A stretch of DNA of 37,778 bases from a virus. Location of the stretch: the IMG/VR virus record IMGVR_UViG_3300045988_141999, positions 1 through 37,778 of that record; one strand, 5' to 3'. The stretch's first letter is position 1; the number at the start of each line of letters is the position of its first letter. The position numbers and the translations under genes are program-made. Under the pieces are notes generated by a model that saw only the letters and a program-made list of their open reading frames with translations, had not been told where the DNA came from and ran no database searches. This document shows positions 26,069-34,324 of the stretch, piece after piece.

Positions 26069-26424
26069 CGCGCACCGCCTGTGAGGTCGCAGAGGCCGAC
26101 CATGCCGCCGCCGATGCCCAGCGCGTCCTTCTCCACCTGCGTGAGGTAGAGGTCGCCGTGCGGGTTGGCGTAGGTGACGCTCGCGGTCATGCCTATCGCG
26201 CCCTCGCTGTACTGCGAGATGCCGCCCATGTCGGAGGCCGCCATGGCGCGGTTGACCATCGCGCAAACGGTGGAGGTCAGCAGCGCCTCGGGTGCCGTGC
26301 CGCCCGAGAGCATCGAGTCGATGATGGCCGATGCGTCCTCGAGCAGCACGGTGATGCGCTTCTCGTCGGTCGGCTCGGCGGCGTAGCGCGCGGCGTAGTC
26401 ATCGAAGAAGGCGTATGCCGCCAT
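26065..26424 (-). CDS. gp6-like head-tail connector protein (119 aa)
   Basis: FFDDYAARY ... pattern and position after the capsid gene. Confidence 0.65.
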   Translation of the reverse strand: MAAYAFFDDYAARYAAEPTDEKRITVLLEDASAIIDSMLSGGTAPEALLTSTVCAMVNRAMAASDMGGISQYSEGAIGMTASVTYANPHGDLYLTQVEKDALGIGGGMVGLCDLTGGAR

Positions 26425-26436
26425 ACGTCACGCTCC

Positions 26437-26625
26437 TTATTCGCTCTTTGCCGTCTTTCGGGCGGGCGCCTTACGCTTAGGCTTGGACACGAGGACATGG
26501 CCGCTTGCGGTCAACTCCTTGGCGCGGGCGTCGGAAAGCTCCACTTCCTCACCCGCCCAGTGGACCTCACCCGTGTGCTTGTCGGTGTAGCATACGAGCA
26601 CGACGGCCTTCTTCACGGCGGTCAT
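26437..26625 (-). CDS. small hypothetical protein (62 aa) downstream of the capsid gene
   Basis: Protein-like ORF that fills the gap exactly. Confidence 0.55.
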   Translation of the reverse strand: MTAVKKAVVLVCYTDKHTGEVHWAGEEVELSDARAKELTASGHVLVSKPKRKAPARKTAKSE

Positions 26626-27566
26626 TAGGCGGCCGCCGGGGTGATGGTGCCCTTGATGATGTAGTCCTTGACCTCGGGGAAGAGCAGCATGCCCGTGAGG
26701 ACGTTGGTCTCGGTGGACACGTGGTCGTAGGCGGGCGCGTGCGCGACGCCGATGAGGCCGTTCGCGGACTGGGCGTAGGTCAGGCCGCCCTGGGCGAGCT
26801 CGGCGAAATCGATGCCGAAGATGTGGATGTTCTCGGCGGGGGTGGCGTACATCGTGCCCTTGGGGACCTGCGAGGTGAGGATGACGTTCGTCATGCCGAG
26901 GAAGTTCTCGAGGTAGGTCAGGCCGAAGACGTTCTGGGTGGTGATGGGCGCGGCGCCGAGGTATGCGGCGGCGTCCTCGCGGTTGATGAAGTGGATGATG
27001 CGGGTGGATGCGTCGCCGTTCTTCTCAAGGGCGTCGCCGAGCTTGGCGTCGGCGTTGGCGGCTGCGGCCTGCAGGCCCTTGCCCGTGGCGGTGCCGGTGC
27101 CATTCCCCAGGAAGGTGAAGAACTCCTTGATGATGTCGGCGCGGATGAGCGAGAGCATCTTGGCGTCGGTCTTGAGGACGGCGTTGGCGTAACCGGCCTT
27201 CTGGATGGCGGCGGCGGTGGTCATCTTGCGGTACGGCTTGGCCACGACCTCGCCGACGGTCTCCCACTCGGTGCCGAAGGTGGAGAGCGCCACCTCGTCG
27301 CCCTCGACGTAGGCGGTGCCGGAGGAGGAACCGAGCGAGAAGGTGCCATCGCCGGGCAGGGTGGTGGTGGCGTCGGTCTTGGCGTTGTTCAGGGTGCCCG
27401 TGACCTTCAGCATCTTGAGCGCGGTGCCAGCGGCGATGCGCTCCACGCCGAAGATGCCGAGGATTTCGGCCAGGCGGTCGGACTCGCCCTTGAAGTTCTT
27501 GATGAATTCCTGGTCGAGGGAGGCGTTGACGGCTGCGGCCTTGGTGATGTTCTCGGGTACTGGCAT
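26625..27566 (-). CDS. major capsid protein (HK97-fold, 313 aa)
   Basis: Follows the scaffold gene. Gly/Thr/Ala-rich composition typical of major capsid proteins. Confidence 0.85.
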   Translation of the reverse strand: MPVPENITKAAAVNASLDQEFIKNFKGESDRLAEILGIFGVERIAAGTALKMLKVTGTLNNAKTDATTTLPGDGTFSLGSSSGTAYVEGDEVALSTFGTEWETVGEVVAKPYRKMTTAAAIQKAGYANAVLKTDAKMLSLIRADIIKEFFTFLGNGTGTATGKGLQAAAANADAKLGDALEKNGDASTRIIHFINREDAAAYLGAAPITTQNVFGLTYLENFLGMTNVILTSQVPKGTMYATPAENIHIFGIDFAELAQGGLTYAQSANGLIGVAHAPAYDHVSTETNVLTGMLLFPEVKDYIIKGTITPAAA

Positions 27567-27575
27567 GATGGCTCC

Positions 27576-28100
27576 TTACTGGTAGAGGTTGATGTGCTCG
27601 GCTCGCGCCATGACGCGGGCGAGCGGGTCTTTGATTTGCTCGATGGAATCGGCGGTGATCGCGGGGGCTGCGCTCGCTCCGCCGTCCGTGACGGACGGGT
27701 AGAGGTTGCGCGCGGCGTAGCTCGCGGCGAGCTTGTCGGCGTTTGCGGCGATGCCGTCCTCGTCCTCGGCGCTCATCGCGGCGAGAATTTCGGCGTCCAC
27801 GCCCTTCTCGGCTGCGATGCGCGAGACGGCGAGGCTGCGATTCGCGGCGTCGAGTTCGCCCTGGAGCTTCGCGGCGTCGGCCTTGGCCTCGTCGGCTGCG
27901 GCCTGCGCGTCGGCGGTCTGCTGGGCGAGCGCGTCGTACTGCTTGGCCTTCTCGGCGTTGGCCTTGCTGCGGCCCTCCCACTTGCGGGAGGTCTCCAACA
28001 GCGCGTCGTACTTGGCCTGCAGCGCGTCGTAATCGCGCTCCGTGGCGCTCTGCTCCGTCTCCACTGCCTCGTTTGCGGTGGAGGTGGTGTCCTCGGCCAT
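27576..28100 (-). CDS. scaffolding protein (start MAEDTTSTANEAVETEQ; acidic, Ala/Glu/Lys coiled coil)
   Basis: Internal ATG at 28098-28100. The track's 5' extension crosses two hairpin/T-tract elements and is not coding. Confidence 0.8.
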   Translation of the reverse strand: MAEDTTSTANEAVETEQSATERDYDALQAKYDALLETSRKWEGRSKANAEKAKQYDALAQQTADAQAAADEAKADAAKLQGELDAANRSLAVSRIAAEKGVDAEILAAMSAEDEDGIAANADKLAASYAARNLYPSVTDGGASAAPAITADSIEQIKDPLARVMARAEHINLYQ

Positions 28101-28152
28101 ATGGCCCCCTTCCTGCGCCGTGCGGCGCGTCGTTTTCGCCCGTGCGGGCATG

Positions 28153-28213
28153 AAAAAAGCCGCCCTGCTGGACGGCTGGATATGAAAAAGCGGCTCCCGT
28201 GCGGGGACCGCCT
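28153..28213 (-). terminator. two tandem hairpin + TTTTTCAT terminator-like elements immediately after the methyltransferase gene
   Basis: GCCGTCCAGCAGGGCGGC-TTTTTTCAT and GGCGGTCCCCGCACGGGAGCCGC-TTTTTCATAT, read on the minus strand. Confidence 0.5.
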
Positions 28214-29019
28214 TAGTCAACGGGTTTGGACAGCGCGTGAACCATCGCACGCTCGCGCTCCGACAGCTCCCATTTATGGGCTACGGCTCGCTCTGCTGCG
28301 GCTCGCTCTGCTGCGGCTCGCTCTGCTGCGGCTCGCTCGCTCAAAAGCAGCCCGCCGCCGAAAATGGCCTTGCCGCCCTGTGCTTCGAGCTTGCTTATGC
28401 GGATGCAATCGGAGCGCCGCACTTGGAACGGCGTGTGATGCGCCGCGAACCATTGGAGTTTCGCAGCGGTCAGTACCTCGTCGGGGTACTCGTATTTCGG
28501 TAGCTTCTTCGTCGTGCGGCTCTTAATCTCGTCCATCTTCGCGTTGATGCGGTCGCCCAGCTCGGGGCACGATTCCGCGACGATGTCGCCGCCCATGTTC
28601 GTGACGAATGCCGTGCGGACGACCGCGCCATTGGCATACGTGATGCTCGCATCGCAGATGATGTGCGTGAACTCGGTCGTGAGCGCACCGCTGAACGCCG
28701 TGAGCGACGGGGCGAAGATGAAGAACTTGATGCCGTTGTCGCGGTAGAAACGCTTGATGCGCTGCAGGATGGAGAACGGCGGGTTGTCCACGACGCAGCA
28801 CCCATCTGGGTAATCGAAGCTCTCGAAGTCACCGCCAGGGTAGAACGGTCGCACCATGTCGGCGCGGTCGATGCCGAAGCGCTCCGTGACGTAATCCGCC
28901 ACCACGTCGTAAATCTCGGGCGGCGTGTAGCAATCGTCCGTCGTCTTCTTCGGCTTGAACTTCTCCACGAAGCCGTCGTAATCCTCGAACTTGAGCTTGC
29001 TTTGGGATGCGGCTCCCAT
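28213..29019 (-). CDS. orphan phage-type N6-adenine DNA methyltransferase (268 aa, start MGAASQSK)
   Basis: YTPPEIYDVVADYV ... FGID ... VVDNPPFS (motif IV NPPF). AAAGGAGGGG RBS. Confidence 0.8.
   Translation of the reverse strand: MGAASQSKLKFEDYDGFVEKFKPKKTTDDCYTPPEIYDVVADYVTERFGIDRADMVRPFYPGGDFESFDYPDGCCVVDNPPFSILQRIKRFYRDNGIKFFIFAPSLTAFSGALTTEFTHIICDASITYANGAVVRTAFVTNMGGDIVAESCPELGDRINAKMDEIKSRTTKKLPKYEYPDEVLTAAKLQWFAAHHTPFQVRRSDCIRISKLEAQGGKAIFGGGLLLSERAAAERAAAERAAAERAVAHKWELSERERAMVHALSKPVD
28281..28340 (-). repeat. four tandem copies of a 15-bp unit encoding (ERAAA)4 in the methyltransferase C-terminus
   Basis: ctgcggctcgctctg repeated; translated ERAAAERAAAERAAAERAVA. Confidence 0.85.
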
Positions 29020-29027
29020 GCCCCTCC

Positions 29028-29061
29028 TTTTCATATGAAAAAAGCCCACCGTGCGGCGGGC
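29028..29061 (-). terminator. hairpin GCCCGCCGCACGGTGGGC + TTTTTT immediately 5' of the methyltransferase RBS; contains the palindrome TTTTCATATGAAAA
   Basis: Same element family as the 28153-28213 and 29154-29190 copies. Confidence 0.45.
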
Positions 29062-29153
29062 GATTCTCCGAATTGACGCGGCGTTGCGTGTCTACCGCGC
29101 TGGCGCTTTGCGATTTGCGCCCTGAACGCCCTCCCACGGGGCGAATCGGCATG

Positions 29154-29190
29154 AAAAAGGCCCCTTGCGGGGCCAGGTGCATTTTTTGAG
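29154..29190. terminator. bidirectional terminator-like hairpin GGCCCCTTGCGGGGCC flanked by A5 (left) and T6 (right)
   Basis: Perfect 6-bp stem with a TTGC loop. Downstream of the MuF-associated small ORF. Confidence 0.5.
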
Positions 29191-29234
29191 TTCCGCCACA
29201 GCCATGAGGCCGTCTAGCGCAATTGATCAATCAG

Positions 29235-29414
29235 CTAGGCGATGACCATGGCAATATCATCGTGATGAATCAGGTAAGTCAGCGGAGCGCCATCATCGAA
29301 ATCCGAGTGATCGGCAGGCTCGAACTCGTACGCCTCTCCATCTTTCCAAATCTCAACGATGTTCCCAACAGTACCGTCCTTGAGCTTGATTCTGGAAAAC
29401 ATCTCGACTTCCAT
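29235..29414 (-). CDS. small acidic protein (59 aa; MEVEMFSRIKLKDGTVGNIVEIWKDGEAYEFEPADHSDFDDGAPLTYLIHHDDIAMVIA), candidate immunity partner of the MuF C-terminal domain
   Basis: ATG is 5 nt after the MuF stop with a GGAAGGGG RBS inside the MuF 3' end. Lower GC. Below the track length cut-off. Confidence 0.5.
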   Translation of the reverse strand: MEVEMFSRIKLKDGTVGNIVEIWKDGEAYEFEPADHSDFDDGAPLTYLIHHDDIAMVIA

Positions 29415-29418
29415 GCCA

Positions 29419-30387
29419 TCACCCCTTCCGCCTTGCGACGTAAATTGTCGTTAACCTCATTTTATCCTTGTCGTGGTCTTTCATCCAGCCCACAACCACG
29501 CGCGCAGTCTTGCCGTTCTTTCCGACCATGACCATGTCCGTCGTGTAGCTATCGCCGTATTTTCCCGATTCCCTAAAAGCTGGCTCATGCTCGCCGACCC
29601 ATCTGTAGACCTGGCCCATGATCTCTCCAGCGTCTTCTTCAGTGAATCCGAGGGCGTCGCGAAAAGCTATCGCTTTGTCCCTGCCTCGCTCGCTTTCCAT
29701 GCACAGCGAATATCTTGTCAGCTTCGCCTCGGGAATCGTGAAGTTCTCCCGACCGCGCCATTCTCTGTGATACGACATCGGGTCGTATCCCTCAACGCCG
29801 TCCTTATCCCATGACGCGACAATGCGGCAGTCGCAGTTGTCGTGGTAGTGCCCAAACTCGCCAGCGGTCTTTTTCGAGTGGTACACGAAGCCCCTGCCAG
29901 CGAGCATCAGACAGAACTTGCACGTCTCGCCGCCGCTCGGCACGCGGGCGAATCTTGGCGAAAGGGGGTCGCGGGCGGCGTTTTCCATCATCGTCGTTCC
30001 GGCGGCGCGCTTTATCTCGTAGCCGACTCGCGACAGCACCAAGCGCTCGAATGCGTCGTAATCGCCGCCGTTCACCTTGTCAACGAACGCGCGTATCGCG
30101 CCCTCGGTAGCCGCTGGGTCTCGGTCCGCCGTAGTGATCGCTCCAAGCTTCTCGCCGACGGCCATCTCGCGCGACACGTCGAAGAAATCCGCCGCTGCCT
30201 GCCCCGCCGCCAAGCCGTAGCTGTCCAACACGGCATTCACCACGTCAATAACGGCGTCTCGGCACGCTGACACGTCGTTCCAATCAAGCTCCTTGAGCAC
30301 GCGCAAGACTTTCGCCTTAGCGTCGGCGGAAATGCCGTTGATCTCCTTCGTCAGGTAGTCGAGCGCGGCGCGCGGAATCTGCGCCAT
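29419..30387 (-). CDS. MuF/SPP1 gp7-family head morphogenesis protein with a C-terminal extension of about 125 aa
   Basis: Phage_Mu_F core ending GETCKFCLMLAGRGFVYH ... HYHDNCDCRIV. Extra C-terminal domain (...KYGDSYTTDMVMVGKNGKTARVVVGWMKDHDKDKMRLTTIYV) not part of the MuF core. Confidence 0.85.
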   Translation of the reverse strand: MAQIPRAALDYLTKEINGISADAKAKVLRVLKELDWNDVSACRDAVIDVVNAVLDSYGLAAGQAAADFFDVSREMAVGEKLGAITTADRDPAATEGAIRAFVDKVNGGDYDAFERLVLSRVGYEIKRAAGTTMMENAARDPLSPRFARVPSGGETCKFCLMLAGRGFVYHSKKTAGEFGHYHDNCDCRIVASWDKDGVEGYDPMSYHREWRGRENFTIPEAKLTRYSLCMESERGRDKAIAFRDALGFTEEDAGEIMGQVYRWVGEHEPAFRESGKYGDSYTTDMVMVGKNGKTARVVVGWMKDHDKDKMRLTTIYVARRKG

Positions 30388-30390
30388 GGC

Positions 30391-31812
30391 TTAGCCCTCC
30401 ACCGTCTCTGAGGCGGTGGAGGCGGGCTTGGCCCCGCCCATGATGGCGAGCAGAGCGCGCTGGTTCTCCCCAGCCTTGAGTTGCGACGCGACGCTCTCCA
30501 CCTCGCTCGGCGTGAAGCCCTGGCCGCGCAGGAACTCGCGCGTTTGCGCGAATCCGTCGAGGACGCCCGCGATCTTCACGTAGGCGTCGGCGGTGGAGGC
30601 GAGTGAGGGGCGCATCGGGTTCTTGAAATCGGGCATGACGGTCAGCTGCTTGTCGGAGAGCTGGTCGAGCGTCTTATTCTCAGCGACGGCCATGGCCATG
30701 AGCGCGACGTTCCGCATGCTCTCGCGGTTCGTCTCGATGCAGTCCTCCGCCGCCACGCAGATGTCCTCGCGCTGGGCCGCGATGGCCTCGGCGCTCGCGG
30801 GGTTGTCCTGCACGATGCCGAGCGAGTTGAGTGGGACGCCAGTGGCCCCGCTGAACAGCTTGGCGTATGTGGCGATGGAATCGATGTAGGGCTTCGGGCT
30901 CGCCGCTTGCAGGCGCTTGTAATCGGGGGCGTTGCCGTCGTTGTCGCGCGTCGCCATGAAGAGCGATGTGACCATGACGGAGAACTTGCTGCCGCTCATG
31001 GCCTTCAGCTGGTCCTCGGTCACCCCCGTCAGGATGTCCTTTGGTGTCGCATAGAGCGCGCCACTCACGGCCATGTAACGCAACGTGCGCTGCACCTCGT
31101 CAACGTAGTAGCGGACGGCGGGCGTGATACGCGACTGCCCGAAGGGCTTTGTACCCGTGGGGCGGAAGCAGAACGCCTCCATCATCGGGCGGTCGAGCGG
31201 CGTGGGATTGCTCACCGCGCTCCACTTGCCCGCGCTGTGCTGCGTGATCACCACTACGCGGTGCGGGAGGTGGAGGTTGACCTGCACCGGCACGGGCGTG
31301 GACGGGCTCCACTTGGTGCGGCGCGAGTCCGCGATGACGAAGCCCGCCGCGATGCGCTGCTCCGCCACGTCCCAGATGGCGGCGGCCGTCTCGGCGGTGT
31401 GCGTGCGGACCGCCACCGACTCGCCGATGCGCTGGACGGTGGCGAACATGCAGCCGTGGACGAGCTCGCTCGCGACATGGCGGTTGAAGTTGGCACTCAG
31501 GCCGTTCGCGCGCTCGATGCGCTCGAGCGTCGCGTCCTTGTAATCGCCCGCGAACGTGAATCCGCTCATGCGGACGCGCTCGGAGACGCTCGTGACCGCC
31601 TTCGCGGCCCAGTCGCAGCGGGTCGGGATGTCGACGGTCTCGGGGATGTTGTCGATGCCGATAGAGGGCGTCGGCTGCTTGCACTCGTAGTACTGCCCGA
31701 GCATGCGGTTCGTGCCCTGGTGCTTCTTGTAGACCTCCACCAGCTGCTCGAGCGCGGTCTTGGCCCCGGCGTCGAGGCCCGCAGCGTTGGTGATGTTTGC
31801 GAGTTCTACCAT
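30391..31812 (-). CDS. portal protein (473 aa)
   Basis: Size, composition and position directly after the large terminase. Confidence 0.85.
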   Translation of the reverse strand: MVELANITNAAGLDAGAKTALEQLVEVYKKHQGTNRMLGQYYECKQPTPSIGIDNIPETVDIPTRCDWAAKAVTSVSERVRMSGFTFAGDYKDATLERIERANGLSANFNRHVASELVHGCMFATVQRIGESVAVRTHTAETAAAIWDVAEQRIAAGFVIADSRRTKWSPSTPVPVQVNLHLPHRVVVITQHSAGKWSAVSNPTPLDRPMMEAFCFRPTGTKPFGQSRITPAVRYYVDEVQRTLRYMAVSGALYATPKDILTGVTEDQLKAMSGSKFSVMVTSLFMATRDNDGNAPDYKRLQAASPKPYIDSIATYAKLFSGATGVPLNSLGIVQDNPASAEAIAAQREDICVAAEDCIETNRESMRNVALMAMAVAENKTLDQLSDKQLTVMPDFKNPMRPSLASTADAYVKIAGVLDGFAQTREFLRGQGFTPSEVESVASQLKAGENQRALLAIMGGAKPASTASETVEG

Positions 31813-33275
31813 GCGATCAGCAGCTCCCGTCGTTGGTCTCTATTCGTTGTCATCGCGCCCCAATACGCGAGCGCGGCGGATTCGATGACGCATGCGTCCG
31901 CCGTGTCGGTGGACTCGAAGCCCCAGCCTCCGCCAGTGCCGATTCGGCGCTTGGCGCATTGGGCCGCGGCGTCGTTGAGCGGCCCTTGGTCGAAGTGCTC
32001 CAAGGCGCCCTCCCTCACGTCGTTGGCGATGCGCGAGAACGCCGAGACGGCGTCGGCGGTCTTGGGCCGCAGTATCTCGCGCGGGGACACGCCGCCCTCG
32101 TCGATGAGGCGGTCGTGGAGGTTCTGGGCGTTGCCCTGCCCGTCGATGACCATCAGCGCGACATCGTCCTTGCGCTCGGACAGCCAGCGGACGAGCCACG
32201 TGATGCCCTCCCCCATCGTGAAGTGCCGTATGACCTCCACGTAGCCGGGTCCGGTGTCCGGGCGGATTGCCACGGACAGGCACCCGGTCGCCCCGTCCGG
32301 CGAGAACTTGACGGCGAACACCTTCACGCCGTCCTGCGGGGGCGCGGCTGTCGCCGCCTTCGCCCACGCGGCGGCGCTGATGGGCATCTCGGCCTTGCCA
32401 ATGGTCTCGGGGTACCAGCCGAGATGCTCCATCGCGAACTTCACGCGCGTCATCGACTTGGAATCTTTGAGCAGGGCGCTCTCGAGCAATTGGTATCCGA
32501 GCGAGGGGTTCGTCGCGAACCACAGGTCGCGGTCGCCCACGTCGTCCGGCAGCTCTGGGACTCCCCACTCGTGCATGCAGAAGCCGCGCTCGGGGGATTC
32601 GCGCACCATCTTGCGCAGGCGGGTGAAGACCTCGCCCGCGTTGACGCGCTTGGGGTCGGGCACCGTGCCCATGAGGATGGTCTGCGGCGAGCCGTGCGGC
32701 GCGGCCGAGTTGAGCGGCGACAGCGCGGCGTCCTGCTCGTCGGTGTAGTCCTGGGCCTCGTCCACGACCACGAGGTCGAACGTTCCGCCGCGCCCCATCT
32801 GCGTGGAGCTGCCGCGTGTTCGAAACTCGATGTGCGCGCCGTTGGTCAGGTCGAGGACCATCTGGTTCGCGCTCGTCGTGTACTTGTCGATGAGGCGGTT
32901 AAGCTCGGGGAACCTCGCGCGCGGGTCGTTCTTGCAGTCGCCGAACTTGGCGCGCAATCGGTCGAACGCCTTCTTCGCCGTCTGGTATTCCTGCGCGGTG
33001 TGCAGAATCCACTCGCCGCGCTTCACCAGGCCCCACGTCTCGCGCGGGTCGCACACGCCCGTCTTGCCGTTCTGGCGCGGGACCTCGAGGACGCACAGCG
33101 AGTTGAGCAGCCGCCCGTCATCGTCCAGCGCGAGCCAGTCGTTCAGGATGGACGCCTGCCACGGGTGCGGCGGCATGCCGTAGACGCGCGAGAGCTCCAC
33201 CGCCTGCCTGCCCTCGGTGCGGTCGTAGCTGTCGCACCACGAGTAGGTCGGCGTCTGACAGCCGCGCCTAGCCAT
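31806..33275 (-). CDS. terminase large subunit
   Basis: Walker A VPRQNGKT, Walker B VVVDEAQD, and a C-terminal nuclease domain. Confidence 0.95.
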   Translation of the reverse strand: MARRGCQTPTYSWCDSYDRTEGRQAVELSRVYGMPPHPWQASILNDWLALDDDGRLLNSLCVLEVPRQNGKTGVCDPRETWGLVKRGEWILHTAQEYQTAKKAFDRLRAKFGDCKNDPRARFPELNRLIDKYTTSANQMVLDLTNGAHIEFRTRGSSTQMGRGGTFDLVVVDEAQDYTDEQDAALSPLNSAAPHGSPQTILMGTVPDPKRVNAGEVFTRLRKMVRESPERGFCMHEWGVPELPDDVGDRDLWFATNPSLGYQLLESALLKDSKSMTRVKFAMEHLGWYPETIGKAEMPISAAAWAKAATAAPPQDGVKVFAVKFSPDGATGCLSVAIRPDTGPGYVEVIRHFTMGEGITWLVRWLSERKDDVALMVIDGQGNAQNLHDRLIDEGGVSPREILRPKTADAVSAFSRIANDVREGALEHFDQGPLNDAAAQCAKRRIGTGGGWGFESTDTADACVIESAALAYWGAMTTNRDQRRELLIAW

Positions 33276-33540
33276 CGGCGCCGCCGTTCAGGATCTGGTC
33301 GAGCGGCGTCGCGCCCGTCTTCGCGGCCTCCGCGTCCTCGAGCGCCTTCAGGCGGTCGATGGCCTCGAACATGCCCGTGATGAGCGGCTTCATGTCGCGC
33401 CCTGATTCGGTCACGTCGATGACCTCGGCGTATTTCTTCACGGCGCGCCGCGTAACGGCAATCTCGCCGCCTTCCTCCCACGCCTCCACGAGCGAAGTGG
33501 AGGTGGAGGGAATCGACTTGGTGCGTCCCATGCGGCTCAC
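33268..33540 (-). CDS. terminase small subunit (90 aa)
   Basis: Small protein immediately upstream of and overlapping the large terminase gene. Confidence 0.65.
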   Translation of the reverse strand: MSRMGRTKSIPSTSTSLVEAWEEGGEIAVTRRAVKKYAEVIDVTESGRDMKPLITGMFEAIDRLKALEDAEAAKTGATPLDQILNGGADG

Positions 33541-33631
33541 CGCCTTATTCGTAGATGTGGATTTTGATGTCTAGGTGTGGAGCTGCTATGCCCCCGGGGT
33601 CAGGCCATGCCAATGGGGAGGGGGCTACCCC

Positions 33632-34144
33632 CTACCACCTGCGCGAGCACCTGACGCCCTCGGCACGCGCATCATCGACCGCCGTCTTCGCCCCCTTCGC
33701 CGCCGATCGCGCGAACAGCACGAACTCGGCGGGCGACCTCCACGCCCCGAACGCGGAGCGCGCGGCGGTCGCGATGGACTGCACGCGGCAGACAGGCTTG
33801 TCCCCACGCCACTGGTTGCAGCAGCGGTGAGCTGCGCGGACGTTGGCCGGGTCTATCGCGCTTCCGCCCTTGGAGATGGGGACGATCTCATCGAGTTCGA
33901 GCGCGTACGGATGGCGCGCGGGGTAGGTCGGCGAGATGGGCAGTCCGCACATCCAGCAGCGCTGGGGCTGCGACGCCATGCGCTTGCGGAGCGCGGAACG
34001 TGCGGAGTAGTTCGCGTAACGAGGGTTGCTCGACGGCACGCGGTCACCCCGCTTCGATTGTGATTGTGGAATGGGCGGCGGCGCGGGAAGGAGTCTGGAG
34101 GTGTCCATGCGTTGCACGAGAAAGGAGGAAAGAGCTTTGCGCAC
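33632..34144 (-). CDS. HNH endonuclease (terminase-associated type)
   Basis: CWMCG ... ELDEIVPISKGGS ... DPANVRAAHRCCNQWRG HNH motif. The N-terminal 60 aa of the track ORF are probably not coding (no RBS). Confidence 0.8.
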   Translation of the reverse strand: MRKALSSFLVQRMDTSRLLPAPPPIPQSQSKRGDRVPSSNPRYANYSARSALRKRMASQPQRCWMCGLPISPTYPARHPYALELDEIVPISKGGSAIDPANVRAAHRCCNQWRGDKPVCRVQSIATAARSAFGAWRSPAEFVLFARSAAKGAKTAVDDARAEGVRCSRRW

Positions 34145-34164
34145 CCGCGCTTCGCCGCCACGTT

Positions 34165-34240
34165 ATTTATATCGCGGATTGAGCCTGCAGCGGCCTGCAT
34201 TAACCTGCAAATGACTGCGATGAGCTGCAGAAGTCTGCAG
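34165..34240 (-). promoter_or_regulatory. candidate late promoter: TATAAAT -10 element preceded by six CTGC(A/G)N hexamers at exact 10-bp phasing
   Basis: CTGCAG 34185, CTGCAT 34195, CTGCAA 34205, CTGCGA 34215, CTGCAG 34225, CTGCAG 34235. TATAAAT (minus strand) at 34165-34171, about 30 nt upstream of the HNH-terminase operon. Confidence 0.45.
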
Positions 34241-34251
34241 TCGCGGCAAAG

Positions 34252-34290
34252 AAAAAGCCCCGGGCGCGGGTGATTGCGCTCGGGGCGGTG
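34252..34290 (-). terminator. intrinsic terminator after hicB (GCCCCGAGCGCAATCACCCGCGCCCGGGGC + TTTTTCTTTG)
   Basis: GC-rich stem and U-tract on the minus strand. Confidence 0.55.
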
Positions 34291-34324
34291 AAATGCCGAC
34301 GGGTTCGGCGATGATAATTATACG

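Noticed and set aside
28237-28503. Plus-strand ORF reading the 15-bp tandem repeat as MGYGSLCCGSLCCGSLCCGSLAQ
   Set aside because: It is the antisense reading of the methyltransferase (ERAAA)n repeat and is not an independent gene.
26505-28526. 673-aa plus-strand ORF across the capsid and scaffold genes
   Set aside because: It is antisense to the major capsid and scaffold genes and has a Gly/Arg/Val-rich repetitive translation.
29042-29049. Track start of the methyltransferase ORF at 29049 (MGFFHMKRRGMGAAS)
   Set aside because: Those codons are the translation of the upstream hairpin/T-tract element. The real start is the ATG at about 29019, preceded by AAAGGAGGGG.
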